In this document: one piece after another, positions 28,256-40,153 of the stretch
Position numbering within the stretch: position 1 is the first letter of the stretch
Layout of the letters: the number at the start of each line of letters is the position of its first letter
Assembly: GCF_000150275.1 (NCBI RefSeq)
Contig: NW_002060949.1
Coordinates: 5,685,535-5,749,534, forward strand
Direction of reading: 5' to 3'
DNA length: 64,000 nt
Source of the DNA: Trichoplax adhaerens
Taxonomy: Eukaryota > Animalia > Placozoa
Position numbers and translations under genes: made by a program
Notes under the pieces: model-generated
What the model was told of the DNA's origin: nothing
The model's database searches: none
Seen by the model: the letters and a program-made list of their open reading frames with translations, nothing else

Positions 28256-28530
28256 TACTGCACTGTACTGTATAGCTTATGTACAAAGTTGATAAAATTC
28301 TGGATTTGCGCATGGTCTGTCACTGACAGTATCCTAGCTCCATTGACTACAGTACACAGTACTGTACACTCTGCAATACAGTACTGTGTACTGTACTCTG
28401 TACTAGTACAGTACTGTACCGCATTGACAGAAACAAATTCATTCACAAAGCTAAACTATGTACAGTAGTATGGACTACGTAGTACTGTACGAGTATCAGT
28501 ATGGCATCCAGTTACGTATCACTAAGCAAC
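28256..28530. promoter_or_regulatory. Putative bidirectional TUBE1/RITA1 promoter: CAGTA/TACTG array plus RFX X-box-like ATCACTAAGCAAC (28518-28530)
   Basis: Lies between the divergent ATGs at 28005 and 29369. The 13-mer fits the X-box pattern RTYRCTARGCAAC. Confidence 0.5.
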
Positions 28531-29368
28531 CATTTCAAAATTTCATTTAATAAAAAATTGCTTTGAAATAGTTTTAATAGCGTTTAAAGCATGAGTTCAA
28601 TCTCTATATAAATATTACTAATTTTCAATTTCATTTCATATGACTTACAGTATTTATAACCGTAAAAGGTATAAACCATTCGAAATAATATTGAGTTCAT
28701 ATTTCGAATAACATATTCCATTCCTTACAAGGCAAGCACGTCTTGTTGGCCATATCAATCAATAATTTGGACATATTTTACAGTCAATAAAAATAGTTCA
28801 AATAGTGTACGAGTAAATACCATAACTTAAGAATTTTGCTCCTTGATTCGCTGTGAGGATACGCAATGTTAATAACTCTACGTAAGTTTCATGATTAAAT
28901 ATACGCGTATATGCATTTAGAATATCAGAATTTCATTTCATAACTTATGATGATACTGCAAAATGATGCCATACCGTATCGGCAAATGAGTAGAAGAAAG
29001 CGAAGTGTAGTTAAAATTATAAGTATTGTATATTGCATAATTCCATACTAGTATCAAAAATAATGCTTGATATCTCCTGAATATTAGTGTACTCGTAAAT
29101 AATGTACGTATATACTAGATTGGTCGTATAGACTGATCAAAAAGTTATTGATAAACTTTCAATCGGGAAATGTATTAACATAACCACCAGTATACAGGTA
29201 TAATACAGTTTACTCGTTTGCTCGTTTGTTCGATAGCACGTTATTTCTGCCCTTCCTGTACTTTCGTTGCTTTACTCTATATAGCGCTACTTCTTAATGC
29301 ACAGTATATATACCATAACAATATTTAATATGATGTGATATTTATTAAATTCGAATAGGAAAATAGCA

Positions 29369-29959
29369 ATGATGTCCGATTCTATTGCTAGAAGAAGCGG
29401 TAATAATAAACGCAGGAATATCTATAAGAGTAGGAGCTCGTACGTGGATGAAAGCCTCTTCGATTCAGCAAATAAGAGTGTCAGTTTTCATGAAGTTAAG
29501 TTTGATCCACCTTGGATTAAAAACAATTCAAATCGAGAACTTGCAGCCAATTCGCTTGCTTGGAATAAAGGCAAGGCCGGAAATGATAAGAAATCAGATC
29601 GCGAAAGAGTAAGGCCAGATAGTCGAAACTTAAAACGACCGTATCGTAAACAAGTGTTTAAATCATCATTTACTGATGATTCCTTATTTGGTGATCCGCT
29701 GATTGCACAAGAACAGTCCATGAGAGAATTACCTCCGTGGGGCAAAAAAGAAAAAGGCAAATATATGAAGCCCTTACTATGGGATCCTGATCCGTCAAAT
29801 ATACGAATTGAAGGATCTAGGTCATCTCGCGATGCGCGCAGACCGGATTCTGTCTCAGGTTCATTTTCCTATTCCAGAAGCAGCACGCGTACTGCGACGT
29901 ATGGAGTTTCATCAGCTAGAAGACCACAATCAGCAACTGTTCGACCACCATGGAGATAG
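29369..29959 (+). CDS. RITA1: RBPJ-interacting and tubulin-associated protein (RITA family), single coding exon
   Basis: Two RITA repeats (SSYVDESLF, SSFTDDSLFG), a CSL-binding-type PLLWDP motif and the C-terminal RPPWR, in the order known from RITA1. Confidence 0.85.
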   Translation: MMSDSIARRSGNNKRRNIYKSRSSYVDESLFDSANKSVSFHEVKFDPPWIKNNSNRELAANSLAWNKGKAGNDKKSDRERVRPDSRNLKRPYRKQVFKSSFTDDSLFGDPLIAQEQSMRELPPWGKKEKGKYMKPLLWDPDPSNIRIEGSRSSRDARRPDSVSGSFSYSRSSTRTATYGVSSARRPQSATVRPPWR

Positions 29960-31097
29960 TATTAATATTAATTGCATAAACTTACAATAATTAACTACTG
30001 TATGTACCGTAGTTAGAACTGTATCTCCTTGTAAGATGAGTTACAATCAGCAACTGTTCTTCTACCATGTACAAAGTTATACTGAATAGCTACTGTATGT
30101 ACCACAGTTAGAACTGTTTTGCCATAATGATGCATTACAGACGGCATTTTGGGTAATTCAAAGATGGAAATTGTCTTCATTCCAAGATAAAATGTACTGT
30201 AACAATAGAGTTGATCTCACTCACTTACTATACCTACGTACATTATTTACAAATTTTTTTAATTTAAAAATTATACAAACAATTTATTATAAAGTTATGA
30301 AATTACTTGTTTGCACAATTATAAAATAAATGCAGTTACATCTGTTTTTACAGTATATTAATGCCAAGCTGATAAATGTCCATTCGATTTGTAACGTAAC
30401 TATTTAACCAGTTAACATATATAATATGATCAAATTGACAAGGTTGGCAATTTCACTACCGTAACCATATGAAAAAACTTCATCTCAATGCATGTCTTGT
30501 CCATATACGAACATCAACTGAGGACATTAAGTCATTATACAGTACCGCATCTATAATAACTCGGTATAACTCTGGTGCTGCGGGATTGACATTTAAACAA
30601 TAGGATAAGGGTAACCTACAGAATTCTTATAGGCGCATTGTACTAACGAAAAATAAATACGTATATAAATCAATCTTGTTATCATCCTAGGAGGGCTAAC
30701 CAATTTATCTCCTAAGATTTTTGAAATAGAACCATTCAAATAATTGCAAATGTCTAGTTAACAGCTTCCTGCGACAACACAAGCTATTGAACTTGTCTGC
30801 ATTTAATACTAATAAATAAATAATAAAAAAACAGCGAATATCTTATCACTCGGACCAAGATACAAATGATTCTATGATCAGTAGCTTGAGTGTGTCAACA
30901 GCGTCGCTTCGAGCAGTAGTAAAACATGTACATATATATATATATATATACAATAACTTTAATAATAATCCGACAAAAATGTTGCATCAGATTACTGAAA
31001 GCTGTAAATTTTCTATGTTGTAAAGGTATTACATAGTACTTGTAATATGCCTGCATGAACGATCCTACTATATTGTACAAATGAAAAATAAACAATT

Positions 31098-33665
31098 CTA
31101 CGTAGAAATAAACGGGACATCTTCAGTAATATCAGGCATTAGAGCATCCAATTCTTCTAAAAATTGAGTATTAGCGGTCATGATACTATTGCCATGGTTG
31201 CTGACAGCAGGCGTATTTGCTAGTGAATCTGGCAAACTTGAAAATCCACTATCTGCGGGGCTGACCTGGCTAGTACTGTAAGTCGTATCGTCTGTATCAC
31301 ATCTTGCATGGGTAATTAAATTATTATCACTTGCGTTTTCATCACAGTCAGATGATTTACACATTAAAGTCGGGTTCACTGTATCTTGTGCAATCCGTCC
31401 TTGTGTAGACTTTTCTTTAAGTATTTCATCTAACATTTTCGCAGGTAGATCTGTAACGGGTATATTTTCTCGTGACATGCGTGCTAAAGGATTGCGGTCT
31501 AAAATTCTTAATAGAGACGGGCCTTTTTTACCAGTGCTACTATCTGTGCATGATTTCTTGTTTAGTTGATCCGGTATTCCAGCAACGTACGGCTTATATC
31601 TAATAGTGCTAATAGGAGCTTTTGGTAACTTCCTTTTATTGGTTTCGATTACTGTGGCTATCTTGTTATCTTTTTGATAATCTTGATGTTCCATATCATT
31701 CTTTACGTCTTTAGATAGGCCAGTTAAGTTATTTGATTTGTAGTTTTGGTTAATGAAATTACGATCATAAATAACATCCTGATAGTTAGGCTGGTTATTT
31801 GTATGGCCTCGATTCTGCATTATATGTAGACCATACGATAAAAATGTATCTTTGTTATAGCTGACGTTTCGACAAACATCATCCTTTTCCTTTTGTGGTT
31901 CATCAGTATTAACGAGTTTATCTAGATCAGAAATTTCAGGATAGCCATTCAAATTATCGTAGGAGGAGCAATCTATTGATGTAGAACTATAATGACCGTT
32001 TACGCTTTCTTCCCTGTTACTAGATTTGATAATATCCTGGCAGGAATCTTTGTCTACTGTAGTTTCCAATCTCGAAGTAGCATGATTTTTAGTCGCTATA
32101 TTAGCTATATTTGATTCTTCTGTGGACAAAGTTTTAGAAGGTTTCTTTTTTTCTATATCTGACAAAGTACTCTCGGTCGCGTAAATAGCTAATTTTGTAT
32201 TGTCAGACACAAATGTACTCGAATCTTCTTTTTCGTGCCATTGCATAGTATTAATCTTGAAAGAAAAAATGCATAAAAGGCAATATGTTAAAATTACAAG
32301 TATTACTATATACCCTTAAAAGTAAGATTCTGGGTTGTGTGTTCAATTTCTCCCATCTAACGGGATCTTATGGAGGCGTACGAAGTATTTACCTGGCAAT
32401 TTTCCGTTTTATGTGCTAGACATCGGTCAAAAAATTTCGTTCCGAAAGGAAATGTGCACTGAAGAAGCATAAAATAAGTTAGTTAAGTTATCACTGTTAT
32501 CTGTTAATGAAAAATGTGTAGTTCGTATTAATTACTAGTAAATCGTGCAGATCAGGCCAATTTACATAGGTATATGTTAATAATTATAATTATCGATGGA
32601 TGACAAAGCGTATCTATTATATTATCAAGGGTGAAATGTTCTACGCAGGTAAATATTGTTATTCCTATTTGATACACAGGTATTCTGCGAAAAAAAAGGG
32701 TCAAAACCGTAAATGTACAGCGTAATGTAGATCATCATTCTAGGCATAAGTTGCAAGTAACGATGCTGTTTCAGGTTATGCTACGATCATTGGAGGGACT
32801 ACTACAGTATTACTAATTCAATGTTTAATAATCATAGTGATGCCGTGCTATAGCAGACCGAGCAGCAGTTAAATAACTTAATTATAGCACTGCCCTAGGA
32901 TACGCTATCGTCTGGCAGCGTTACTAATGTATTTCGAAGGATTAATACAGTCAATAATACACCATGTCAATCAGATCAGGATTACTCTGTGTTTACTATG
33001 CCAGTCCATATTGCGCACTATAATTTATCAACATGTACAGTGTTATGTCTAGTCTACAAGTGTTCAGCTTTTCGGAAGCCTACAATAAGATACAAGCATA
33101 CAGTATATCACTGTCTCATTTTACCATTATAGCATTCTAAAATTTTAGTATAGGGTAAAATGGCAGCATCTAATATGCACCTTGCTGATGAATTTCTATG
33201 AAATGATTTTCACTCAGTAATTAATATACTGCTTTTTTAAAGAAAGATACGCAGCGTTGTCTATCTAAAGTGTATTTTGCTTATACAGTATGTCAAAACT
33301 GTGCTTTATAATCAGTCATTGAGCGAATTTAGTCAGTGTGATACGGCATCAACGTTGGTTGTAGTATGGAAATTATGGTATAAAATCAGTACTATGTTTT
33401 CGACTGGAGGAACTGGTCGGACTGCTGACGTAGTATCTCCTCCATTCTTACACGTATTACTGTCAACGCACGCGGATAACGAATGGTAGGTAATCAGCTA
33501 ATGAAGACGAGCCTATTGGACACAATGTCCAATGATACTAACCTCAGTCGATTGGCAAAGTAATATCTTTCTTTCCAAGTCAAGAGATTGCCATTGCAGA
33601 TGTCTCGTTTTACCTTTCGACAAGCACAGCGGACACCGATCACGATCCATGTCCACTAGCATCAT
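31098..33665 (-). CDS. USPL1-like protein: N-terminal Cys-rich domain plus long disordered tail, no peptidase domain; exons 33665-33543, 32458-32393, 32255-31098 (448 aa)
   Basis: Phase-0 splicing gives CPLCLSKGKTRHLQWQSLDLERKILLCQSTE|CTFPFG, which follows the CPxC-x2-KG...LC-x4-CxYPLG pattern of the USPL1 N-terminus as recalled. Start codon is uncertain. Confidence 0.7.
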
Positions 33666-34011
33666 TTTTGGGCCAAGAAAGCCAACTGCAAGCACGAGCA
33701 AACTGTCGTCCAGTAATACGACCTTGAAGACAGGTTACGATGCGTAAAGAAGAAATTCTTCTTCAATTTTAGCATGTACTGCCGAGCATAGTGTTAATCT
33801 TTTACCTGTAGCAGCTACAAGAAGCTTCCAATTTTCTTCAATGAGCAATAAGGCAAAGAAGGATAACTCAACGTCGCCAGGCAAGCGTGCCACTCCAATT
33901 AAATACAGTGCTACTCGCGCTGTTTTTAGCTTGGATTGGAGTTGGAGTCTAACGCACGGGCTGCATACTGTATTGTATAGAGTTGCCAGGTACAGTCTGG
34001 ACTTGCAAGTT

Positions 34012-34365
34012 ATTGTACTGTACTATACAGTACATGTACTGTACTGTACAGTAAAGTCTAAGGTGGCGTCTGGTCCAAAACATGTCACGCGTGGGATTCA
34101 CCCTCATTTTAGCTTCATACCTTGCTGTACAGTATTTTGACACTACGGTAGACTACAGTACAAATACTGTACAGTATGGAACATTTCCTGAGAAGTGCCG
34201 CTCTGTAAAAGCGCCACCTGGTTTAAATGCTGTTTGTTTTTGTCTGAGTGAGACAAAGAAAAACCAATCTGTACAGTATTAAGTACTGTACTGTACTGTA
34301 CATCGAATAGAAAACGTTTTGGAAACGTTCTACTCCACTGTACACTTGTACAGTACAGTACATAC
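34012..34365. repeat. CAGTA/TACTG pentamer-rich tract upstream of the USPL1-like gene
   Basis: Repeated GTACTGTAC/GTACAGTAC blocks. They generate the spurious TVQYS/YCTV ORFs in the track. Confidence 0.75.
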
Positions 34366-36147
34366 AATCATCGTTGAGACTAGTTGAGACCAAATGATAA
34401 CAATAGTAAGTTTTTACTCGTTTTTACTGTACTTACTATACTGTACATTTTGTATCAAGTTCTATATCGGTTCACAGTCGGATCTAAGTCCGGTTTAGAT
34501 CGTTCAGGTTCTGAACCAAACGAAATGGACGGTTTCGATTCCAACCGTTTATGGAGGATAAAGAACCGAACCGCCGGTCCCAGTGTAGTTCTGAACTAGT
34601 GCGACCACAGTGCGTCTCCGAATCGAACGAAAGGGCACAACTCAGTCTGTAGTCTGTACGTGTACTACGCCAAGGACTACTAGAAGAATACCATCTAGTC
34701 GTCCATGACTACGCGCAACACTGGTACACGCCAGTATTCTTGTACAATGCTGTTTTACAGCACAGCGCACACGCAATCGTACTGTACAATTTATATCACA
34801 TGATCACGGTCTGTTATGAGTAGAACTTCAACTCATGATGACGTTATTTAAAACGATAAATGGTCCTTGAATGGGGTCTAAGGTCCGTCTATCCTGAATC
34901 AGAGTACAGTTTGTTTTTCATTTCTTTTTTACAAAATCGGCTTTATTAGAAGCAATTAAAGCATACTATCCCAGTTTAGATTTGAAATTTCGACTGTAAT
35001 AGCAGCGGTCTAAAATGTGTAATAATTACGAAAAGTGAAAAAAAAAATTGAAATTGACATTTCTATGCTGTCTGTAGGTCTTGTTCAGGTAGGATTTCGC
35101 CTGAGTTGATGTACCAAAGTAGACCAATATGAGTTCATCATTACCTGGCAATTTTCTCAGCTACATCATTCATACATCGATATTATATATTTCAAAAGAT
35201 CACATTGCAATATTATTACTATACATAAATTATTATAGATAGATGCGTAAAGAATAAAAACAACAAAAGATTAGACAATATTCCATCAAATTATACTGTA
35301 TTTGATACCGCGATTATCCAATATTACTTTTTTTGAGTTGATATTGATTACGTATAAAGTCGCAATAATAAATCCTGGAATATGAAAAATACTAATACTG
35401 TCCAACGCTATAAAATCTATAAATGACATCTTACACATATTTTCCGATTACAATTGCGCTACTTGATACGCACAACGTCATACATAAAGTATTGCCATTG
35501 ACACGAGTGATTTTACCTATTAAATTTAAACAACTTGAAACATGGGTTTTTACTTGAATATGGTATCTCCATCCTCATCATTATAAAGGGCATAGGATGC
35601 TGAGGTGATTGATGAGGTTGGTATTCATTCACGGAATCATAATACACCATTCAATTGATTTGATTATATATAAATTATAGCGGTAAGCAGTAAACAGTCA
35701 AGCCTATGATGGTTAATTAATGATTCAGAACAACATTTTACACGCAATATATCACTAAATAAATCTGTATTAGTATATAAATATCTTTTAGCTTCAGTAA
35801 AAAGAAACATCACAATTCAAAGGTAAAAGTAATTACATATTAAATCGAAGGCATAGTAATTGATATATCGCTGCTCGATCATAAAGCAGGTATCATTATT
35901 ATCGAATAACATTTTCTTACCAGATAGAAATACTATCAATTTTTTAAAAATTATTATTAATTAGTAGGTATCATCAGATCGCGGTAAAGTAGCCAGTATT
36001 TGAGAAAGTGTAATGAATCAATTAATATAATCTTCAAGTCAATGATTTCAAACAAATATTGCATCCTTTAAATAATACTTATTTTAACCGCGGCAAATGT
36101 GACATGTAAATGTTGAAACAAAATCTCTAAAAATCAATTAATTTAAT

Positions 36148-37972
36148 TTAATTAGATGCAATGTCGTCATTTGATTTGTCCTGAATCACTTCTATTTGTT
36201 TAATTGATAGTAATTTATCGACATCTTCATACGGTTCTTCTTCCTTACTACCCATTCCAAAAGTTTCTATATCCTCTACCTTTACTACATTATTCTCTAA
36301 ATCGTCATTGGTGATATTTGCTGGCATAGTTACTAATGACGAAATCTTCTTTTTTATTATAGCATATCCACTGCTATCGATATCTTTCAAAGAATAGGAT
36401 ATTTTTTTGGCAGTAGCTGTGGTAGCTGAGTTCTCAGGGTTGTCTGTAAGAGGAGAAGCACCAGGCGCTAATTTATTTTCTAGTGTTTTGCTCTGGATAC
36501 TCTGACTTAGTGCTAAATCATCTTCTGCCCAGGGCGATCTTGGAGGATACGGAGAAGAAACCGACCTTGGATTCAAAGTCTTGGAGCGACCAACTCTTCC
36601 TCTGTATGTACTAGATTCTTCCATTAGTTTGCTTACGCTGGTAGTCGAACAGTCGATCGATATCGGACGCGTCTTAATTATTTGAGCATATATAACATCT
36701 GGATTTTTAATACGAGGAATATCGGGTAGCTTTCTGTTCGCTATACTAGAGTTATTTACGGGTTGTTTTCCGGTAATAGGTGCTGATCGATTTGGCTTCG
36801 CAACAGGGTTAGTAACGGTACTAGTATTTTCACTAGGGGTAGCATCTTTGAACTGCAGTTCTTCATAAACGCGAGGTGCAGTAATCGTTATTGAATTTTT
36901 AACACTGGAATCACTGGATAATTTTTCGGAGTTTTTTCGTCGCTACTGTTGGCATTTTCTGAGGCTTCGGTAGTTTTTTCCACAGAATCCTTACTTGACA
37001 TTGTGGAGCTGACGTTTGCGTAAGGAGATTCTATAGAGTTGGTTTTGTCTTGAGTTGACACAGAAATTGTTGTTTCTTGATCAGAATTGGAGGCCGGGGA
37101 CTGAGTAGGATAGTCATCATCCAGAATATCTGTTTCTTTCAATACTGATGACTTATCGGAATTATTGGCTTCTTTCTGATTGCTCGTCATAGCTGGCGGT
37201 GAGTCAACTGCAGCAGTGGCTGTTGCTCTATCAGATTCTAAAACTGTTCAAAAAGTTATAAAATTACTCTGAGCAGGCATGACTATAGAATGAAACAATG
37301 AAATAGCGCGAGGCTAGTAAACCTGGTGCATTCGACTTTGATTTCAATTTTGGCCTACTTTGTGAACTTGAACTAGGTTTTGATACTTGAGGTGGAATGG
37401 AATCACTAGTAACCGTGGACTTTGTAGTTTTGTCATTACTGCTTTCGGGTTGCTAAATGTAGGAATATTTTATAAATAGCTTAGCGAATATTATATATTC
37501 AGGAATGTTAGCTAAGGTAATACAGTTATTTGTGGTAATTCTTTGTAGTAAACAGTACACACCTTTCTGCTAGTATCACTTGCTGTAGTTTTTTCCACGT
37601 CCTTGTCGCTGTTACATAGGTATACATATACGAATGAGTGCGTTAGAAGATATAATACATCTTAGCTTGTATATTCTAATTTGACAATTTGTTTAATTGT
37701 ACGTAATACAAATTAAAAATATCGTTACTTTAAGATTTTACTTATAAATTATTCAAAAAAATCATGTATACATTACCTTCCAATAATGCTTACCTTGGTG
37801 ACAATTGAGAATCTTGAGATTTACTGGTGTTACGGGCACATAGGAATCCAACAACGATAGTAACAATCATTACCATGATACTGGTTGCAATTATTGTCCA
37901 GTAGCTATTAAATAAACCATATGGATGATCATCATCTCCCATTAAGGCGTGGATACTTCTTTTTGCTAGCAT
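36148..37972 (-). CDS. Single-pass transmembrane adaptor with multiple tyrosine motifs (PAG1/Cbp-like); exons 37972-37794, 37608-37563, 37452-37323, 37243-36148; 1-nt frameshift near 36932-36937
   Basis: Short ectodomain, TM helix WTIIATSIMVMIVTIVVGFL, juxtamembrane Cys, and a disordered Ser/Thr/acidic tail with PYANV, VYEEL, RKLPDIP, VIYAQI, GYAII and PYEDV. Exon phases 2/0/1 are consistent. Confidence 0.7.
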
Positions 37973-39826
37973 GTGACCATTGTCTGCTGATGAATGTGTA
38001 GACGAGGCTGGTGTTTAATATGATTACCGCTTTCATAGTACAACATAGTTTAATGAATTTATAACACTACGATATCGTATAATGCTGCAGTAACAACATT
38101 AGTCCTTAGCAATCAAATATTGTTGAACTTTGTAATTAATCTGACTTCACAATATCTACTGCAGGGTGTACGAAACTTTACAATACGAATTTAAAGCTCA
38201 TAGACTGAAGGCTGGACTGCATATACTTTACTGTTTTGTCTTTCTAAGCTTCTAATAATGACAATAAGTATATATGCGTGTGATAAGATATTCAATACCC
38301 GTATACTGTATGTTTACCTTGGTATTCTTTGATTACATTAATGTTGCAATAATAGAAGCGACCGCAACGTAGTTGTGTCTTATGCACTAAGGTAGCAAGC
38401 TTTTCTATTGTCTTCGGATTGGAATACTGCGCGACCGCCAGATATAATCGCTTAAAGGAAGAAATATACATATCATGATACATTAGAAATACGTAGTGGT
38501 ATATAGAAAAATTAAATTAAGATATCAATTCTTGAAGATCTATAATACTACGGCTACAGCCCAAATTTCTAAGTTACTACCAGATATTATTCGTATATTA
38601 TATGATAGCCCTACAGTACTGTACTGTACAGTATATTACGAAATTATCGTGTAATAACTGACTATTGAAGTTACGATTTGTACGCCAGATAGGGTTAGAG
38701 AATTACAAGTTATGGCTTACAACTCACAATTATATCATTGGTGTATGGTTTTACTTATATTTCAAGTATTGCAATAGATTCTATCATGTCTACTGCTGCT
38801 TATAACTATAAGAATAATATTAGCATCAACAATTCTAATGTAAGCGCAAATCATCGAAAATCGGGATATTTTTTTTAATTAACATTTTACCGTGTGTTTG
38901 CGAAAGCTTTTTTGTTGTATGATAAGTCTTTTGTTAGGGTTTTGAAGTATTTGTTGTAGTCATATATTGTATTGTACGTAATTATAAAGCTGTGCTACTA
39001 GATTTGAGATATTTATGAATAGTAGTATGAAGCAGTGGTAATATTTTCAACGTTATTATGCGTTACTGTCTGTTTATACGTACAAATAAGCTGAACGCCT
39101 TAGGATGGTTATCCATAGACTACTCAGTTCTGGAATTGAGTAATCCAAGGCTAAACCTTACGGTATCTATTAATGGCGATTTACTTATACAGCTTTGCCA
39201 ACTTAAATCTCATGAATGCATGAACGAAGTGTACCGCTATTTCGATGATCTAAATGACAGATTGATTGAAGTTTGTCGTACGAATGTAAAGCAGCAGTCA
39301 ATAACACTAAGCTTCCGTGGCTTTGATTGTGGTATAAATGATATTTAAATCATCAATTAGAAAGGTACTTTGTACCTAAAGTATCATTACAGAACCAAGA
39401 GTAAGTTAACTATGAGAGTAAGGAAACTTTAGATGGTACACCATAAGCGGAATGTGAAAAGGTTTGAGTTTGGTGAATGAATTTACTGGCTAAGCATCGA
39501 GTGAAGAGCCACTAAAGCGGCCCCCCAAATTAGTCTAGTTTTTTATTATAAAAGGTATAAAAGCAAATACCTACTGTAGTTTTTATACATCAATACGTTG
39601 TCTCGATGATAATTGAATATTTAGCTTACAAGATACAAATTTACGATAGATGTCTAGTGTGCAGTGCACGCACGGCTACAATAGGCAACGTTTAAGTAGG
39701 ACTGTCAACTAGTATTATTAAATTACATTTTTTACATCCAGCAAGACAATATCAGTGTCTAATCAAACTTGCAGTAACTACGTTCAATATGTAGCATTGT
39801 ATACTGTAGATTTACGAAGTAATAGT

Positions 39827-40153
39827 TTAATTAATCATTTGGCTTACTTGATGCGTAGGTAGCAAATATAGGCGAGAATCGGGTAGTAAACTTGAATCGT
39901 GTAGAAGACTGCATGATCGTCCAACGAGAGAGGTGAATGACTGATCTTCAGCGGAAACTATTTCGCCCAGTACAACGTGATGGTCCAGACTGTGGCGGAA
40001 GCTAGGGCTGCTACCTTGATCGTGGATCCGTGAATCTGGTAATCGTATTAGTTTACATTGTCGTGAATCAGTTAAATTACAGAACAGAACCAAAATGATG
40101 GTGATTATTACACTACTGAAAGTAATTCGCTTCGATTGATATCTTAACCACAT
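39827..40153 (-). CDS. Hypothetical 108-aa ORF with signal-peptide-like N-terminus (may be an upstream exon or uORF of the adaptor gene)
   Basis: ATG start, hydrophobic VIITIILVLFC, higher GC than the flanks, donor-like CAA|GTAAGC near 39847. No recognisable domain. Confidence 0.25.
   Translation of the reverse strand: MWLRYQSKRITFSSVIITIILVLFCNLTDSRQCKLIRLPDSRIHDQGSSPSFRHSLDHHVVLGEIVSAEDQSFTSLVGRSCSLLHDSSLLPDSRLYLLPTHQVSQMIN

Noticed and set aside
35141-35156. TTACCTGGCAATTTTC, resembling the U1 snRNA 5' end and identical to 32389-32404
   Set aside because: The rest of U1 is absent. It is a reverse-complement splice-donor-like 16-mer and the match is too short to interpret.
36931-36938. 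AAAAAAC as a programmed -1 ribosomal frameshift heptamer
   Set aside because: The heptamer is out of phase with the upstream frame (GAA AAA ACT), so it does not fit X XXY YYZ.
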